Source: an uncultured archaeon
Lineage (GTDB): Archaea > Asgardarchaeota > Heimdallarchaeia > Heimdallarchaeales > Kariarchaeaceae
Direction: 5' to 3'
DNA length: 64,000 nucleotides
Assembly: GCA_964600735.1 (NCBI GenBank)
Contig: CAZRLL010000003.1
Span: 20,544 to 84,543 of the forward strand
Position numbers and translations under genes: made by a program. Shown here one piece after another: positions 27,694 through 37,259 of the stretch (position 1 is its first letter; each line of letters opens with the position of its first letter). A model generated the notes under the pieces. That model was not told the origin of the DNA, ran no database searches, and worked only from the letters and a program-made list of their open reading frames with translations.

Positions 27694-28149
27694 GCATTAC
27701 GCTTACCGAGTTTATGATTGTCCGTGGACAGATCGACTCAGTCTGTAGCTCACATAACTATGATCCTTGCTACAAATACGGTCATTATAACCGCATAAAC
27801 ACCAAGGTTCCGGTTGGTTATAACCTTTAAGTTAGATTACGAAAGGCTCGCTGAAATTTATTAAAATTTCATTGTATAACCTACCTTCGTTTAATATCTA
27901 AGTATTTTAATAAAAAAAATATGCCCGATATTATAAAATTATTTGAATCTATTGCAAGGTTTTCATTTTAAAATATTATTATAAAATTTGATATTTCGAT
28001 GAGATTATTGACCCTATCATTAATTCGAAACAGGAGTGATTGTCAATTCTGTAATACATATATCAAAAATAAAAGCTATCAGAAAATATTCAATTAATTA
28101 CAAAAGTTATTATCTCTTTGTTTTTTAGCTTTTAATTGTGTTATAAATT

Positions 28150-29793
28150 GTGAATAGAGTCAAGAGTGCAGTCAAGAAACTAATTGATGCAGGTATGGTT
28201 GTATTACCAGATGCTCTTGAAACATTAGAAAGGTCGGATTATCCAGAAGCACTTGTGATCGACTTCATTAAAAAAAATCCAACAATGCAAATAGTACGTG
28301 GTGAATTTCTTAATAAAAGTGACATAGGTATCTTAGTTTCAAAGACCAATAAACAAGAAACAGGGGAGGTAATTTCAAACAAAATAAAACTTGAAATTAA
28401 AGGAAAGGTTCAACGGAGAACCTACCTGCAAAATGATATTTTTATTAATAATCAACTCATCAATAATAATAATCTTGAGGAAAATTTAACTTATACATCA
28501 AAGAAAACCGTAATTCAAACGTCCCTTGATGACTTACAAGGATTAGATGGTTTTGAATCTGATTTGGAAATAATAAATACATATGTTGCCTCAAACAATC
28601 CTATTGGATCAATTGATGACTTAGTAGGATTATTTCAAGATAGATTTAATCGTCTAGCTTCAATTTTCAGAAAACGTGTGGATCTATCAGCGATTACACG
28701 TATAAAGGATTTAAAACGAACAGATGGCCAAATTAGTGTCATCGGGATGTTGACTGAAAAAGCGTTCAATACTGGTAAAGCTGGAATAATGACGATTGAA
28801 GATCCATCATCTGAAAGAGCTTTACAAGTTATAATTCCAAAAAAAAATTACATTCTAATGGATGAAGCAGCTCAAATTCTCAAAGATAGTGTGATATGCG
28901 TTGTTGGGTATTTAAATAAAGGTAGTTTAATCTCCAACGAGATACTTCTTCCAGATGTGCCCAATTTAAAAAAGAGACGAAGAGCAAATAATCCAGTCCA
29001 TGTTGCTTTTTTATCAGACCTTCATATCGGGTCCACCAATTTTCTTTCTGAACCATTTGCTAACTTCGTAGATTATCTTAATGGGAATTTGGGAAATAGA
29101 AAGATGAGAGCTTTAGGGGAACAAACAAAGTATGTACTTTTTTGCGGAGATGTTGTTGATGGTATTGGAATATATCCAAATCAAATATCAGAATTGAATT
29201 TGCATAATATTAATGATCAGTATAATGCATTCAATACGTATATTGAAAAGATTCCGGAAGACGTGCAAATTGTAATTATCCCTGGGAATCATGATATGGT
29301 CCGTTCTGCGGAACCACAACCACGAATTGACAATAAATATGCTGGGAATCTTGCGTCGTTACCTAATGTTCACATGTTATCCAATCCCAGCCTTATCTCG
29401 TTGAGTGGTGTGAGAACGATGATGTATCACTGTACGAGTATTTTGGATATCATAAACAATGTTCCTGGACTTGCGTTTAACAAGCCCGTTGATGCCATGA
29501 AACACATCCTAAAAACGCGACATATGGCCCCTATGTGGGGAGCTAAAACACCGATTGCTGCTGAATCGATTGATTATTTAGTAATTGATTCATTGCCCGA
29601 CATATTTCATGGAGGGCACATGCATATCAATGGTGAAGGGGCGTATAGAGGAATTCAAATAGTGAACAGCGGAACTATGCAAGAACAAACGTCGTTTCAA
29701 AAATCGCTAAACATAATTCCAACACCGGGTCAAGTATCTATCATAAATTTACAATCTTTTCAGTGGAGCAGATTGGATCTATTAAATAGCTAG
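28150..29793 (+). CDS. polB: DNA polymerase II (PolD) small subunit DP1
   Basis: 547 aa, GTG start; OB region followed by calcineurin-like phosphoesterase motifs VAFLSDLHIGS, GDVVDG, IIPGNHD, GGHMH. Confidence 0.9.
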   Translation: MNRVKSAVKKLIDAGMVVLPDALETLERSDYPEALVIDFIKKNPTMQIVRGEFLNKSDIGILVSKTNKQETGEVISNKIKLEIKGKVQRRTYLQNDIFINNQLINNNNLEENLTYTSKKTVIQTSLDDLQGLDGFESDLEIINTYVASNNPIGSIDDLVGLFQDRFNRLASIFRKRVDLSAITRIKDLKRTDGQISVIGMLTEKAFNTGKAGIMTIEDPSSERALQVIIPKKNYILMDEAAQILKDSVICVVGYLNKGSLISNEILLPDVPNLKKRRRANNPVHVAFLSDLHIGSTNFLSEPFANFVDYLNGNLGNRKMRALGEQTKYVLFCGDVVDGIGIYPNQISELNLHNINDQYNAFNTYIEKIPEDVQIVIIPGNHDMVRSAEPQPRIDNKYAGNLASLPNVHMLSNPSLISLSGVRTMMYHCTSILDIINNVPGLAFNKPVDAMKHILKTRHMAPMWGAKTPIAAESIDYLVIDSLPDIFHGGHMHINGEGAYRGIQIVNSGTMQEQTSFQKSLNIIPTPGQVSIINLQSFQWSRLDLLNS

Positions 29794-31877
29794 CTTTTAT
29801 CATGTTTGTCTAAAATTGCATCTGCTTCCTTTACAATATCTAACGATCCAACAGTATCAGCGTTAATCTGAAGTAATTCCTTTATGTCATCTTTGACAAC
29901 TTTTCCCTCAACCCAGATTTCTTTTAATTCTATCTTACTTTTATTTATGGGTGCATTTTCATCTGATAATCTATCGATTAAATCCTTAACTTCTTGCACA
30001 GTCATATTGAGGAGTGATTCTGCTATTTTACCGAACAATTTTATTGTACATGAATCATGTGTATCTTCTAATACAATTGTAAGAATTAACCTAGGTTGTG
30101 AATTAACTTCACCATGGACTTTACAATTACCTTTCTCCTCAAAACCTTCTTCAATAATCACTTTTCTGGCACATTGTGAGCACCCATTATAGATTACAGG
30201 TTTATACGCTTTAACAATAGTACCCCTCACATGAACTTTAGAGCCTTCTGACAACTGATTTAAATTGACTTTTTGGTAATGTAATCCTTGATGAATCTTG
30301 TCAGCAGATTGAATTAATGGGGTTATTTCATTTTGGTCAATTTTGTTCACAATTGTTGTTTTTTGAATTATGACTTCTGGTGCATACTCCTCGGAACCGG
30401 GTTTCACTCTTGCTGAAATTATTTCTAACCCATCACCTTCCTCAAAATCATTTATTTTTGATATATTATTCTCCCAGGCTGCAAGTCGACCTTGATTACC
30501 TTCAAAATCGGATATTATCATATTTAATACCGAGGTACTTGTACCGTCTTTTTTTTCAATATCTCTTTGCTCGAATCGACTTATAATTTGTATTTTTAAC
30601 GATACTCCACTTCTATTCTCATTAATATCGGAAATTAAGATTGGGAGTCCTTTGAAGTCAAAATGTGTGTGATCAACATTTGAGGGAGAAATTTCCACTT
30701 TTGAACGATCACCACAAGAAATTTCGATTTCACCGCTAAAATTGCTTAGTTTTGTCTGGGCATCTTTTATTCGGATTATTGTTCCAATTTCGATTTTTGA
30801 TACAATATCTGCTTGCTTACCCCAAAGATTTACTCGGAGTGATCGCGTTTTATCTTGAATCACAATATTTGCTACTTGGTTTGATCGACCTTCTCTTTCG
30901 AACGTTCTAATTTCACCAATATCAGTAATTTTTCCAATAACAATGACACTGGATAAGCCATCTTCAATTTCATCTAGAGTCTTTAGTATTTTTTGAGAAG
31001 GAATTTCAATCCCAGAAATGTCTCCGGGATCTTCCAATTTAATAATTTTTGAATGTGGATTGAAAGTTAATTCTTTGTCACCAAATTTATTTACTCCAAC
31101 TCTAACATCTGTAATTTGGACAATATCACCAACATCCCAGACAATTGATTTATCACAGGAATCATTCCAAAACGTGACTTTTGCTTTACCAGTAAGATCT
31201 TTGAGCATTAGACTTGTCACCCGGCCAGTTTTACCTGAACGATTAAATTCTTTAATACCCTGACGATCAATAATTTTTCCCTCAACACTTACTTCACCTT
31301 CTGTTGTGATCAATTCATTTAATTTGATGACATCTGCAGTTTTAATCTCAGGAAAGTCTTCGTTATTTATTCCAGAGATATCTTTATCAATCAATCCATG
31401 AGATCCAATCGATAACTCAATGTTGTCATGGAATCCAATTTTAGTATTTGCCCCACTTATCCGGATAATACTCCCCAATTCAATCTGCTTTTCCTCAATA
31501 ATATTGACTTTTTTATCCCACAGAGCAATTCTGGCAGAGCCACTACTATCGATAATCTCAATATTTCTAACATATCCATTTGAATTATCTTTTCGGGTGA
31601 ATTCACGGATGTCATAAATACGATTTACTTTAGCTACCACAGTCACATTAGATTGACCGGCAACCAACTGATTTATTTTATAAGGTTCTGTAGACTGATC
31701 TAAATTTATTATTACACCCAGATTGTTTGCAACAACATATGCAGCTCCTTCTTCATTAACCATATTATCCATCATTTCAACAGTTTGAGTAATTTGTTCC
31801 TCGATTTGCTCTCGAGTATATTTTGAATCTTTGACAATTATATCAATTACTTCATCTTTTGAAAGAGTCTTACTCAA
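29790..31877 (-). CDS. rpa: Replication protein A (multi-OB-fold ssDNA-binding protein with zinc motif)
   Basis: 695 aa; repeated ~100-aa OB-like units (V.V.G.V..i..r.F.r..g..g.v), C-terminal NGCSQCARKV...CKVHG zinc module as in RPA70-type DBD-C. Confidence 0.85.
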   Translation of the reverse strand: MSKTLSKDEVIDIIVKDSKYTREQIEEQITQTVEMMDNMVNEEGAAYVVANNLGVIINLDQSTEPYKINQLVAGQSNVTVVAKVNRIYDIREFTRKDNSNGYVRNIEIIDSSGSARIALWDKKVNIIEEKQIELGSIIRISGANTKIGFHDNIELSIGSHGLIDKDISGINNEDFPEIKTADVIKLNELITTEGEVSVEGKIIDRQGIKEFNRSGKTGRVTSLMLKDLTGKAKVTFWNDSCDKSIVWDVGDIVQITDVRVGVNKFGDKELTFNPHSKIIKLEDPGDISGIEIPSQKILKTLDEIEDGLSSVIVIGKITDIGEIRTFEREGRSNQVANIVIQDKTRSLRVNLWGKQADIVSKIEIGTIIRIKDAQTKLSNFSGEIEISCGDRSKVEISPSNVDHTHFDFKGLPILISDINENRSGVSLKIQIISRFEQRDIEKKDGTSTSVLNMIISDFEGNQGRLAAWENNISKINDFEEGDGLEIISARVKPGSEEYAPEVIIQKTTIVNKIDQNEITPLIQSADKIHQGLHYQKVNLNQLSEGSKVHVRGTIVKAYKPVIYNGCSQCARKVIIEEGFEEKGNCKVHGEVNSQPRLILTIVLEDTHDSCTIKLFGKIAESLLNMTVQEVKDLIDRLSDENAPINKSKIELKEIWVEGKVVKDDIKELLQINADTVGSLDIVKEADAILDKHDKS

Positions 31878-32138
31878 TTTTGCATTACTCCTTATTTGGT
31901 CATAAAAAATTATTTCTAATTTTATTGAGTGCTAGAACAAATATCAAGCAATGAGATAATATTGAATTTTTTAGAATCCAATTTAACACATTTTAATTCA
32001 AACAATTCAATCAATTTAGTCAATAGTATATTAGACCATCCAAATATTTTTTCATTTTTTAGCTATAAAAACAAAACTATGGGAGATCGTTGCCAGTGAA
32101 AAAGTATTTTTGATATAAAGAAATCCCAATTACTGTGG

Positions 32139-33167
32139 TTAAGTGTGTCTTAATAGATTGACCAATGCCTTTGGTACATCTTCGTAGGAACTAACCATTG
32201 AAAAATGACCACCAGACTTTCTAGCCATATCTTGGGATAATCGTCTCCCCCAATCATGTTTTGAGGGTAAACCCAATATATGCAATTTTGGAAAATGATG
32301 AAGATGTCGTCGAGGATCTCCACCTTTGTTAAACACACCATCAGTCACCAAGATAGCAAATTTATTTTGGCCTCCTCGCATTTTTTTCAACTCAATCCCT
32401 CCTAACTCCAATCCCTCACTAATATTAGTATATCCAGCACTTTCTGAATCTAATATTCGATTGACTAAAGCATCAATTTTTACCTTTTCTCCAGCTCTTT
32501 TAATGATATATGCTTTTGTGTTGAAGAGAACTATCGAAAATGTATCATGGGCAAGATGATATGCCATCACGGCAACTGCCAAAGCGGCAGTAGTAAATCT
32601 ACCCCCATATAAAGAACCAGAGGTATCAAAAATTAGTACGCCAGATTTATTTTTTTCGCGACGTTCAATTGCAATTATATCTTCATACGTTAGTACTCCT
32701 TTTTCCATATAATTTTCCAAAGTCAATTCATCATCGAAATCTTCGGCACCCGGAGTGTACTCTGTCCTCACATAAATGTCCCCTCTTAAACCCTTACCAG
32801 TAACACCCCTAGATACCTTCATGATACTTTTTCTAGCTAATCTTTGAAATATTGGTCTGGTTCTATCGGACAATGACCCTCTTAACATGAAAAATAAATT
32901 TGGTGCAGTATTATCTCCACTTGATGCCCTTCTACCAAGCATTTGAAATCCTTCTGTAGTCGATAATGCTTCAGCAATTGCCAATTGATTTGACATGGCA
33001 AGACCTTCTATCGCAGGCATATTTTGCACTTCAACAGCTTTATCCGCATGTTTTTTGATTTGCATAAAATCCATTCCTCGAGATAATTTATGATATTGAC
33101 TTGGTAACCTCCGACCTGTAACAATTTCTGCTTCAAGAATCTTGTCTTGGTCTAATTTTCCCCTCAT
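32139..33167 (-). CDS. von Willebrand factor A domain protein (MoxR partner)
   Basis: 342 aa; MIDAS VLIFDTSGSL, later ILVTDG; immediately downstream of a MoxR ATPase. Confidence 0.8.
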   Translation of the reverse strand: MRGKLDQDKILEAEIVTGRRLPSQYHKLSRGMDFMQIKKHADKAVEVQNMPAIEGLAMSNQLAIAEALSTTEGFQMLGRRASSGDNTAPNLFFMLRGSLSDRTRPIFQRLARKSIMKVSRGVTGKGLRGDIYVRTEYTPGAEDFDDELTLENYMEKGVLTYEDIIAIERREKNKSGVLIFDTSGSLYGGRFTTAALAVAVMAYHLAHDTFSIVLFNTKAYIIKRAGEKVKIDALVNRILDSESAGYTNISEGLELGGIELKKMRGGQNKFAILVTDGVFNKGGDPRRHLHHFPKLHILGLPSKHDWGRRLSQDMARKSGGHFSMVSSYEDVPKALVNLLRHT

Positions 33168-33223
33168 TGAGGATAACTGATTCAGGAGATCTTCCGGGAT
33201 TTTTCCTCCAGAGATCTCCCGCT

Positions 33224-34114
33224 CTAGAAAAAATCTTGTTCTGCCAATATTTCGTTAATTATTTCTGTTATTACCTCTTCAATTCTTTTATCAATTCCAT
33301 CTTCCATTTCAACCTTTGTAGCAAGTGCCATAATACCTGCTTCAATCCAAGATTCAGGCTTTGTTTTGTCCAAGAATTGAAGTATACTTGCATAATCAAT
33401 TGCTCCACGAATAGAACTTCCTCTTCTGAGATCTGCCCAATTACGAGATCTTCGTGTAATTTTTACAGCGATATTAATTATTTGTTCATCATCAACCCCC
33501 GTTCTAATTTTGGTTATCTGTTGTTCTTCCTCCTCAACTTGATACTCCAATCGAACCCAAGCGAATCTGTCCTTAAGAGCTTCTGAAAGCGGAGTTGTGG
33601 CTACAAATTCTTGGGGATTCATTGCACTGATAATGAAAAATCCCTCTTTAGCCTCTACCATTCCTAATTTTGGAATCATAATCACACCTTCATCCATTGC
33701 GGCTAACAAAACATTTTGAGTACCTTCTGGCATTCGGTTCAATTCATTTAAAAATAATATTGATCCATTCTGCATCGCACTTACTAATGGACCTCTAACA
33801 AAAGATTCCCAAGTATACCCCTTCTGAATCACCATTGGAGGATCAAAGTGTCCAACTAGACGTGCTGCACTGTAACGATCATCACCATCAACACGTTCGA
33901 TATTTAAGGAAAAATATAGGGATAATGCATGAGCCATTGTAGTTTTACCTACACCAACATCACCTTCTAAAAGAAGATGTTTTTTGGCTAATTTTGCAGC
34001 TAGGCAGAGTCTTAATTCGACTTCTCTTCCAACAACATGATATCGACTTTGAAGCTCAGCTATTGCTTCATCTAACGTTTTTCCATCAACCAGAACATTA
34101 TTTGTTTCGCTCAT
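33224..34114 (-). CDS. MoxR-family AAA+ ATPase
   Basis: 296 aa; Walker A LLLEGDVGVGKTT, Walker B ILFLNELNR, sensor region FIISAMNP. Confidence 0.85.
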   Translation of the reverse strand: MSETNNVLVDGKTLDEAIAELQSRYHVVGREVELRLCLAAKLAKKHLLLEGDVGVGKTTMAHALSLYFSLNIERVDGDDRYSAARLVGHFDPPMVIQKGYTWESFVRGPLVSAMQNGSILFLNELNRMPEGTQNVLLAAMDEGVIMIPKLGMVEAKEGFFIISAMNPQEFVATTPLSEALKDRFAWVRLEYQVEEEEQQITKIRTGVDDEQIINIAVKITRRSRNWADLRRGSSIRGAIDYASILQFLDKTKPESWIEAGIMALATKVEMEDGIDKRIEEVITEIINEILAEQDFF

Positions 34115-34289
34115 TATATCACCGATTTATGCTCATGCGTATATCTTTCTGTTCATTTCGAGTTTCCCTTATAAAAAATCGCTCATTTAAACAATAGTTT
34201 TACGATCATTTTCTCATGTAATAACCCATTAGGTTCGGTAAATTTGGGATGAATGAAGAATTTTGTGAAAAATTTTATTTTCATAAAAT

Positions 34290-34583
34290 TTAATGCTCGA
34301 TGGTTGAGCTCGAATAAGCTCCGGTTAACTTTAAGAAGTCTTGAGCTCCCTCCTCATCAATAAGTTTAAAGCTTGGAATTCCTTTATTTGTTGGTATCAC
34401 TTCAATTAGTCTTATATTTACGATATTTTGCATTGCATTTCTTGCTTCTTCAAAGTTCATACCAGTTGCTCGTATTACTTCATCTAATCCAAGTTCATTA
34501 TGTTCTAATACCATTATCAAACAGATTACAGTCAATAATCTTTCCTTAGGTATGACGTTCTCATCATCGGAAATTCCTGGCAT
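34290..34583 (-). CDS. Small protein, possibly winged-helix
   Basis: 97 aa; helix-rich core LGLDEVIRATGMNFEEARNAMQNIVNIRLIEV; co-oriented with the RecA-like gene upstream. Confidence 0.4.
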   Translation of the reverse strand: MPGISDDENVIPKERLLTVICLIMVLEHNELGLDEVIRATGMNFEEARNAMQNIVNIRLIEVIPTNKGIPSFKLIDEEGAQDFLKLTGAYSSSTIEH

Positions 34584-34648
34584 ATGAATTAAATATACAC
34601 TTAAGCTTTTAAACAGCGTATAATTTTGACTTTTCTGGTCTTATCAAT

Positions 34649-35227
34649 CTAAGGTTTGAAGTTATATACATTTGAGTTATTGCTATTTGAAAATAATTTG
34701 ACATTCCCATCATTGTCTTTTTCAATTTTAATAATTTTTGAACAATAATAACTGGACGAATCATTAAAAACAGGTAGATCCTGGTGTATTCCTTGAGTAT
34801 AGCTTGTAACAAGTATGTTGACATTTTGATGCGTGATATTTTTTAACATTGCCAGACATGCAGTAAAAGATCTTTTATTGATTGCATTCTGGATTACGCT
34901 TTTCCCTTGATAATCTCTAAAAAACAAAGGCAATCCATCAACTAATACAAGATTTAATCTAGGTGAAATGTAAGAGTGCAATTTAGAAATTGATTCAATT
35001 AAATTTTTCTTGTTATCTAAAAAAAATAATCTTGTCCGATCGGGGATAATTTCAGATTGCCAATAACGATTAATATCGAAAATGATTGATTGTTTATTCA
35101 TCGAAACTTCTTGAAAGATTTTTCTCACCACACTACCCAAACCTGAGTTCCGTTTCCCGAATAACAAACACAATCCAGATGCATCTTGAAAAGTCCAGTG
35201 ATAAAGCTCCAAATTTCTAAACCTCAA
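34649..35227 (-). CDS. RecA/RadB/KaiC-superfamily protein with degenerate Walker A
   Basis: 192 aa, TTG start; GKRNSGLGS in place of GxxxxGK[ST], Walker-B-like LNLVLVDGLPLFFRDY, later NVNILVTSYTQ as in RadB/KaiC-type cores. Confidence 0.5.
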   Translation of the reverse strand: MRFRNLELYHWTFQDASGLCLLFGKRNSGLGSVVRKIFQEVSMNKQSIIFDINRYWQSEIIPDRTRLFFLDNKKNLIESISKLHSYISPRLNLVLVDGLPLFFRDYQGKSVIQNAINKRSFTACLAMLKNITHQNVNILVTSYTQGIHQDLPVFNDSSSYYCSKIIKIEKDNDGNVKLFSNSNNSNVYNFKP

Positions 35228-35285
35228 AAATTAAGTTAACAATTTTCTTCTAATTAATAGAAAAAAGTGAAGTACATATCTATTT

Positions 35286-35900
35286 TTGGAAAAAATATTG
35301 AATAAACGAGTTATTGTAGCATCAACAGATTTCAGATTAGCATATAAAGTAAAATTAGCAATTTCTAATGATTTTGATTTTATACATAAATCCCCTTCGG
35401 ATCAAGATTTGAATTCAGACATAATTGTGACAACTTGGAAGGAATATTTTAATTTTGAACATGAAAAAAAAATAATTCTAAGCTGGAAAGACTCTGAAAG
35501 TAAAATTAAAAGTGAAATTATTAAAGGATTAGTGGAAAATAATTTGGATTCGCTTTGCAAAATAGGAATTGATCCGGGAAAAGCAATTGGTATCTCAATT
35601 ATTTTTATTGGACGTGTATTGAATACAAATGTTGTATATGATATGAAAAGCATGGTAAGTTGGTTAAATTCAAAATTAAAAGAGATTAAATTTAATTCAT
35701 TAAAAATTAAAATCGGAAATGGTGGCGGTGAGGTGAGAAATAAAATCCTTGATTTTATTGTAAAACATTTTCAAGAAAGAGCAATAATTGAAATCGTTGA
35801 TGAGCGAAATACTTCCATTCGGTTAAATAAAAACAAATCTCTCCATGAGGAAGCCGCGATAAGAATTGCAAATCGTGTGGGCACAATCCTATCAATTTAA
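35286..35900 (+). CDS. RNase H-fold nuclease candidate (RuvC/YqgF-like)
   Basis: 204 aa, TTG start; KIGIDPGKAIGISI, IKIGNGGG, EIVDERNTS, HEEAAIRIA in the order expected for RuvC/YqgF catalytic acidic residues. Confidence 0.45.
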   Translation: MEKILNKRVIVASTDFRLAYKVKLAISNDFDFIHKSPSDQDLNSDIIVTTWKEYFNFEHEKKIILSWKDSESKIKSEIIKGLVENNLDSLCKIGIDPGKAIGISIIFIGRVLNTNVVYDMKSMVSWLNSKLKEIKFNSLKIKIGNGGGEVRNKILDFIVKHFQERAIIEIVDERNTSIRLNKNKSLHEEAAIRIANRVGTILSI

Positions 35901-36032
35901 AATAATAAAGACGTTAAGATTATTTTCTTTTACTTTTGAGTTTAGAGTTTCATTATCAATAATAATTTATTGTTTTTAAAGAACCGTTACAAGCTGAACA
36001 TTTAATTTATCAATTTTAAAAGATGGGTCAGA

Positions 36033-36464
36033 GTGACGAGTAGAAGTATTAGACTACCATGGATTCCTGGCTTTCAAAGACCCAATTTTATATTCTATAG
36101 AATCCGAGTTAGTATACCAACTAAGATTCCTCCAGCATTGATTTATGGTTTAATTTATCTGAGTATTTTGTACGTATACGTTGGTGGGGTTTACGATTTA
36201 GTTGAGGAACCATACGCCCGAGGTTCTGACGCACAAGGTAATCCAGTATTAATATGGCCGGACCAAGACAGACAATTTATGATTGAGGGGATTGTTGCAG
36301 GATTAGTAATGTTTCTCGGCGCAGCTGGATTGTATATGTTAAGTCAAGCAACTACAGATCCACATAATCCCAATAGAGCAACAACATATCAAACAATTGG
36401 TGCAGTGATGATTGCTCTTGCTTTCATAATCTTACAAAGCATGTATAAGACCAAAACAGGTTAA
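36033..36464 (+). CDS. OSTC/DC2-like (OST3/OST6-family) oligosaccharyltransferase accessory membrane protein
   Basis: 143 aa, GTG start; three hydrophobic segments; GGVYDLVEEP...G.PV...RQFMIEG aligns from memory with human OSTC GGIIYDVIVEPP...RPV...GQYIMEG at the same spacing and protein size. Confidence 0.5.
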   Translation: MTSRSIRLPWIPGFQRPNFIFYRIRVSIPTKIPPALIYGLIYLSILYVYVGGVYDLVEEPYARGSDAQGNPVLIWPDQDRQFMIEGIVAGLVMFLGAAGLYMLSQATTDPHNPNRATTYQTIGAVMIALAFIILQSMYKTKTG

Positions 36465-36469
36465 AATCA

Positions 36470-37102
36470 TTATTCCAGAAAAATTACCTTCAATAAATCA
36501 TCCATAATAGAATTTAATTTTTGCTTTGCTTTAGATTTAGAGTAGTTTTCATCTATAATGAATTGAATTTCATTTAAAAATTTTAATGATAAGCTAAATA
36601 CAGTGCTATCAGCAGTCTTTCTTCCGTCATCTTCAAAATAAGCAATTTGAAATTCTTCGATTTCTGGACCCGTTAGATCAGTATCCCCCTTCAGAGTCGG
36701 TGTAACAATATTCGACGAAGAAATAATAGGAACAACCGGTATTTTATCTTTTGAAACGGGTTCACGTTTTTTAACTGATCTCTTCTTTTTTGCAATTTTT
36801 TCTTTTTTCTCTTTTTTTATCGGTGGCTTACTCAGGATGTCCTGAACAATTTTTTTGTTCTCTGAAGAGGCGGAAGATTTTATTAAATATTTAGAACCTA
36901 ATTTTGATTTTATTTTTTTTGCAATTTTTTCTGAGCTTTGTTTGGTTTTTGCTGATACCCCAGAACCATAAATAAGCCATATCGTTTTATTGGTTGAATC
37001 TTCGATTAATATGGATCTTCTGTGATGCAAACTTTTTGTGCTTGCTTCCATAGGATCAAGTTTACCTGAACTTGATACTTTGAAAAATTTTATATCATTC
37101 AT
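36470..37102 (-). CDS. Gelsolin-like domain protein with Lys-rich linker and unknown C-terminal domain
   Basis: 210 aa; N-terminal FFKVSSSGKLDPMEASTKSLHHRRSILIEDSTNKTIWLIYGSGVSAKTKQSSEKIAKKI fits the gelsolin-repeat pattern (strand, L...D.fIL, hhhW.G..s...e...A...A). Confidence 0.4.
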   Translation of the reverse strand: MNDIKFFKVSSSGKLDPMEASTKSLHHRRSILIEDSTNKTIWLIYGSGVSAKTKQSSEKIAKKIKSKLGSKYLIKSSASSENKKIVQDILSKPPIKKEKKEKIAKKKRSVKKREPVSKDKIPVVPIISSSNIVTPTLKGDTDLTGPEIEEFQIAYFEDDGRKTADSTVFSLSLKFLNEIQFIIDENYSKSKAKQKLNSIMDDLLKVIFLE

Positions 37103-37259
37103 TTAACTTAATTATTATTCATTTTTAAAAAATTAAAAATTTTTATACTCTCCAGATTAATTCCGACAGAAAATACTAGAAATCTTACGAATACATCCAA
37201 TATCCCGAAATACATTCGGTCTTAACTGTACTACTAAAATTATTATAAAATTTAATTTA

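Noticed and set aside
33167-33586. 139-aa plus-strand ORF
   Set aside because: It is entirely antisense to the well-supported MoxR gene and has a low-complexity Phe/Cys/Asn-rich translation.
34609-34824. 71-aa minus-strand ORF overlapping the 3' part of the RecA-like gene in another frame
   Set aside because: The longer ORF 34649-35227 has recognisable RecA-type motifs and this one has none.
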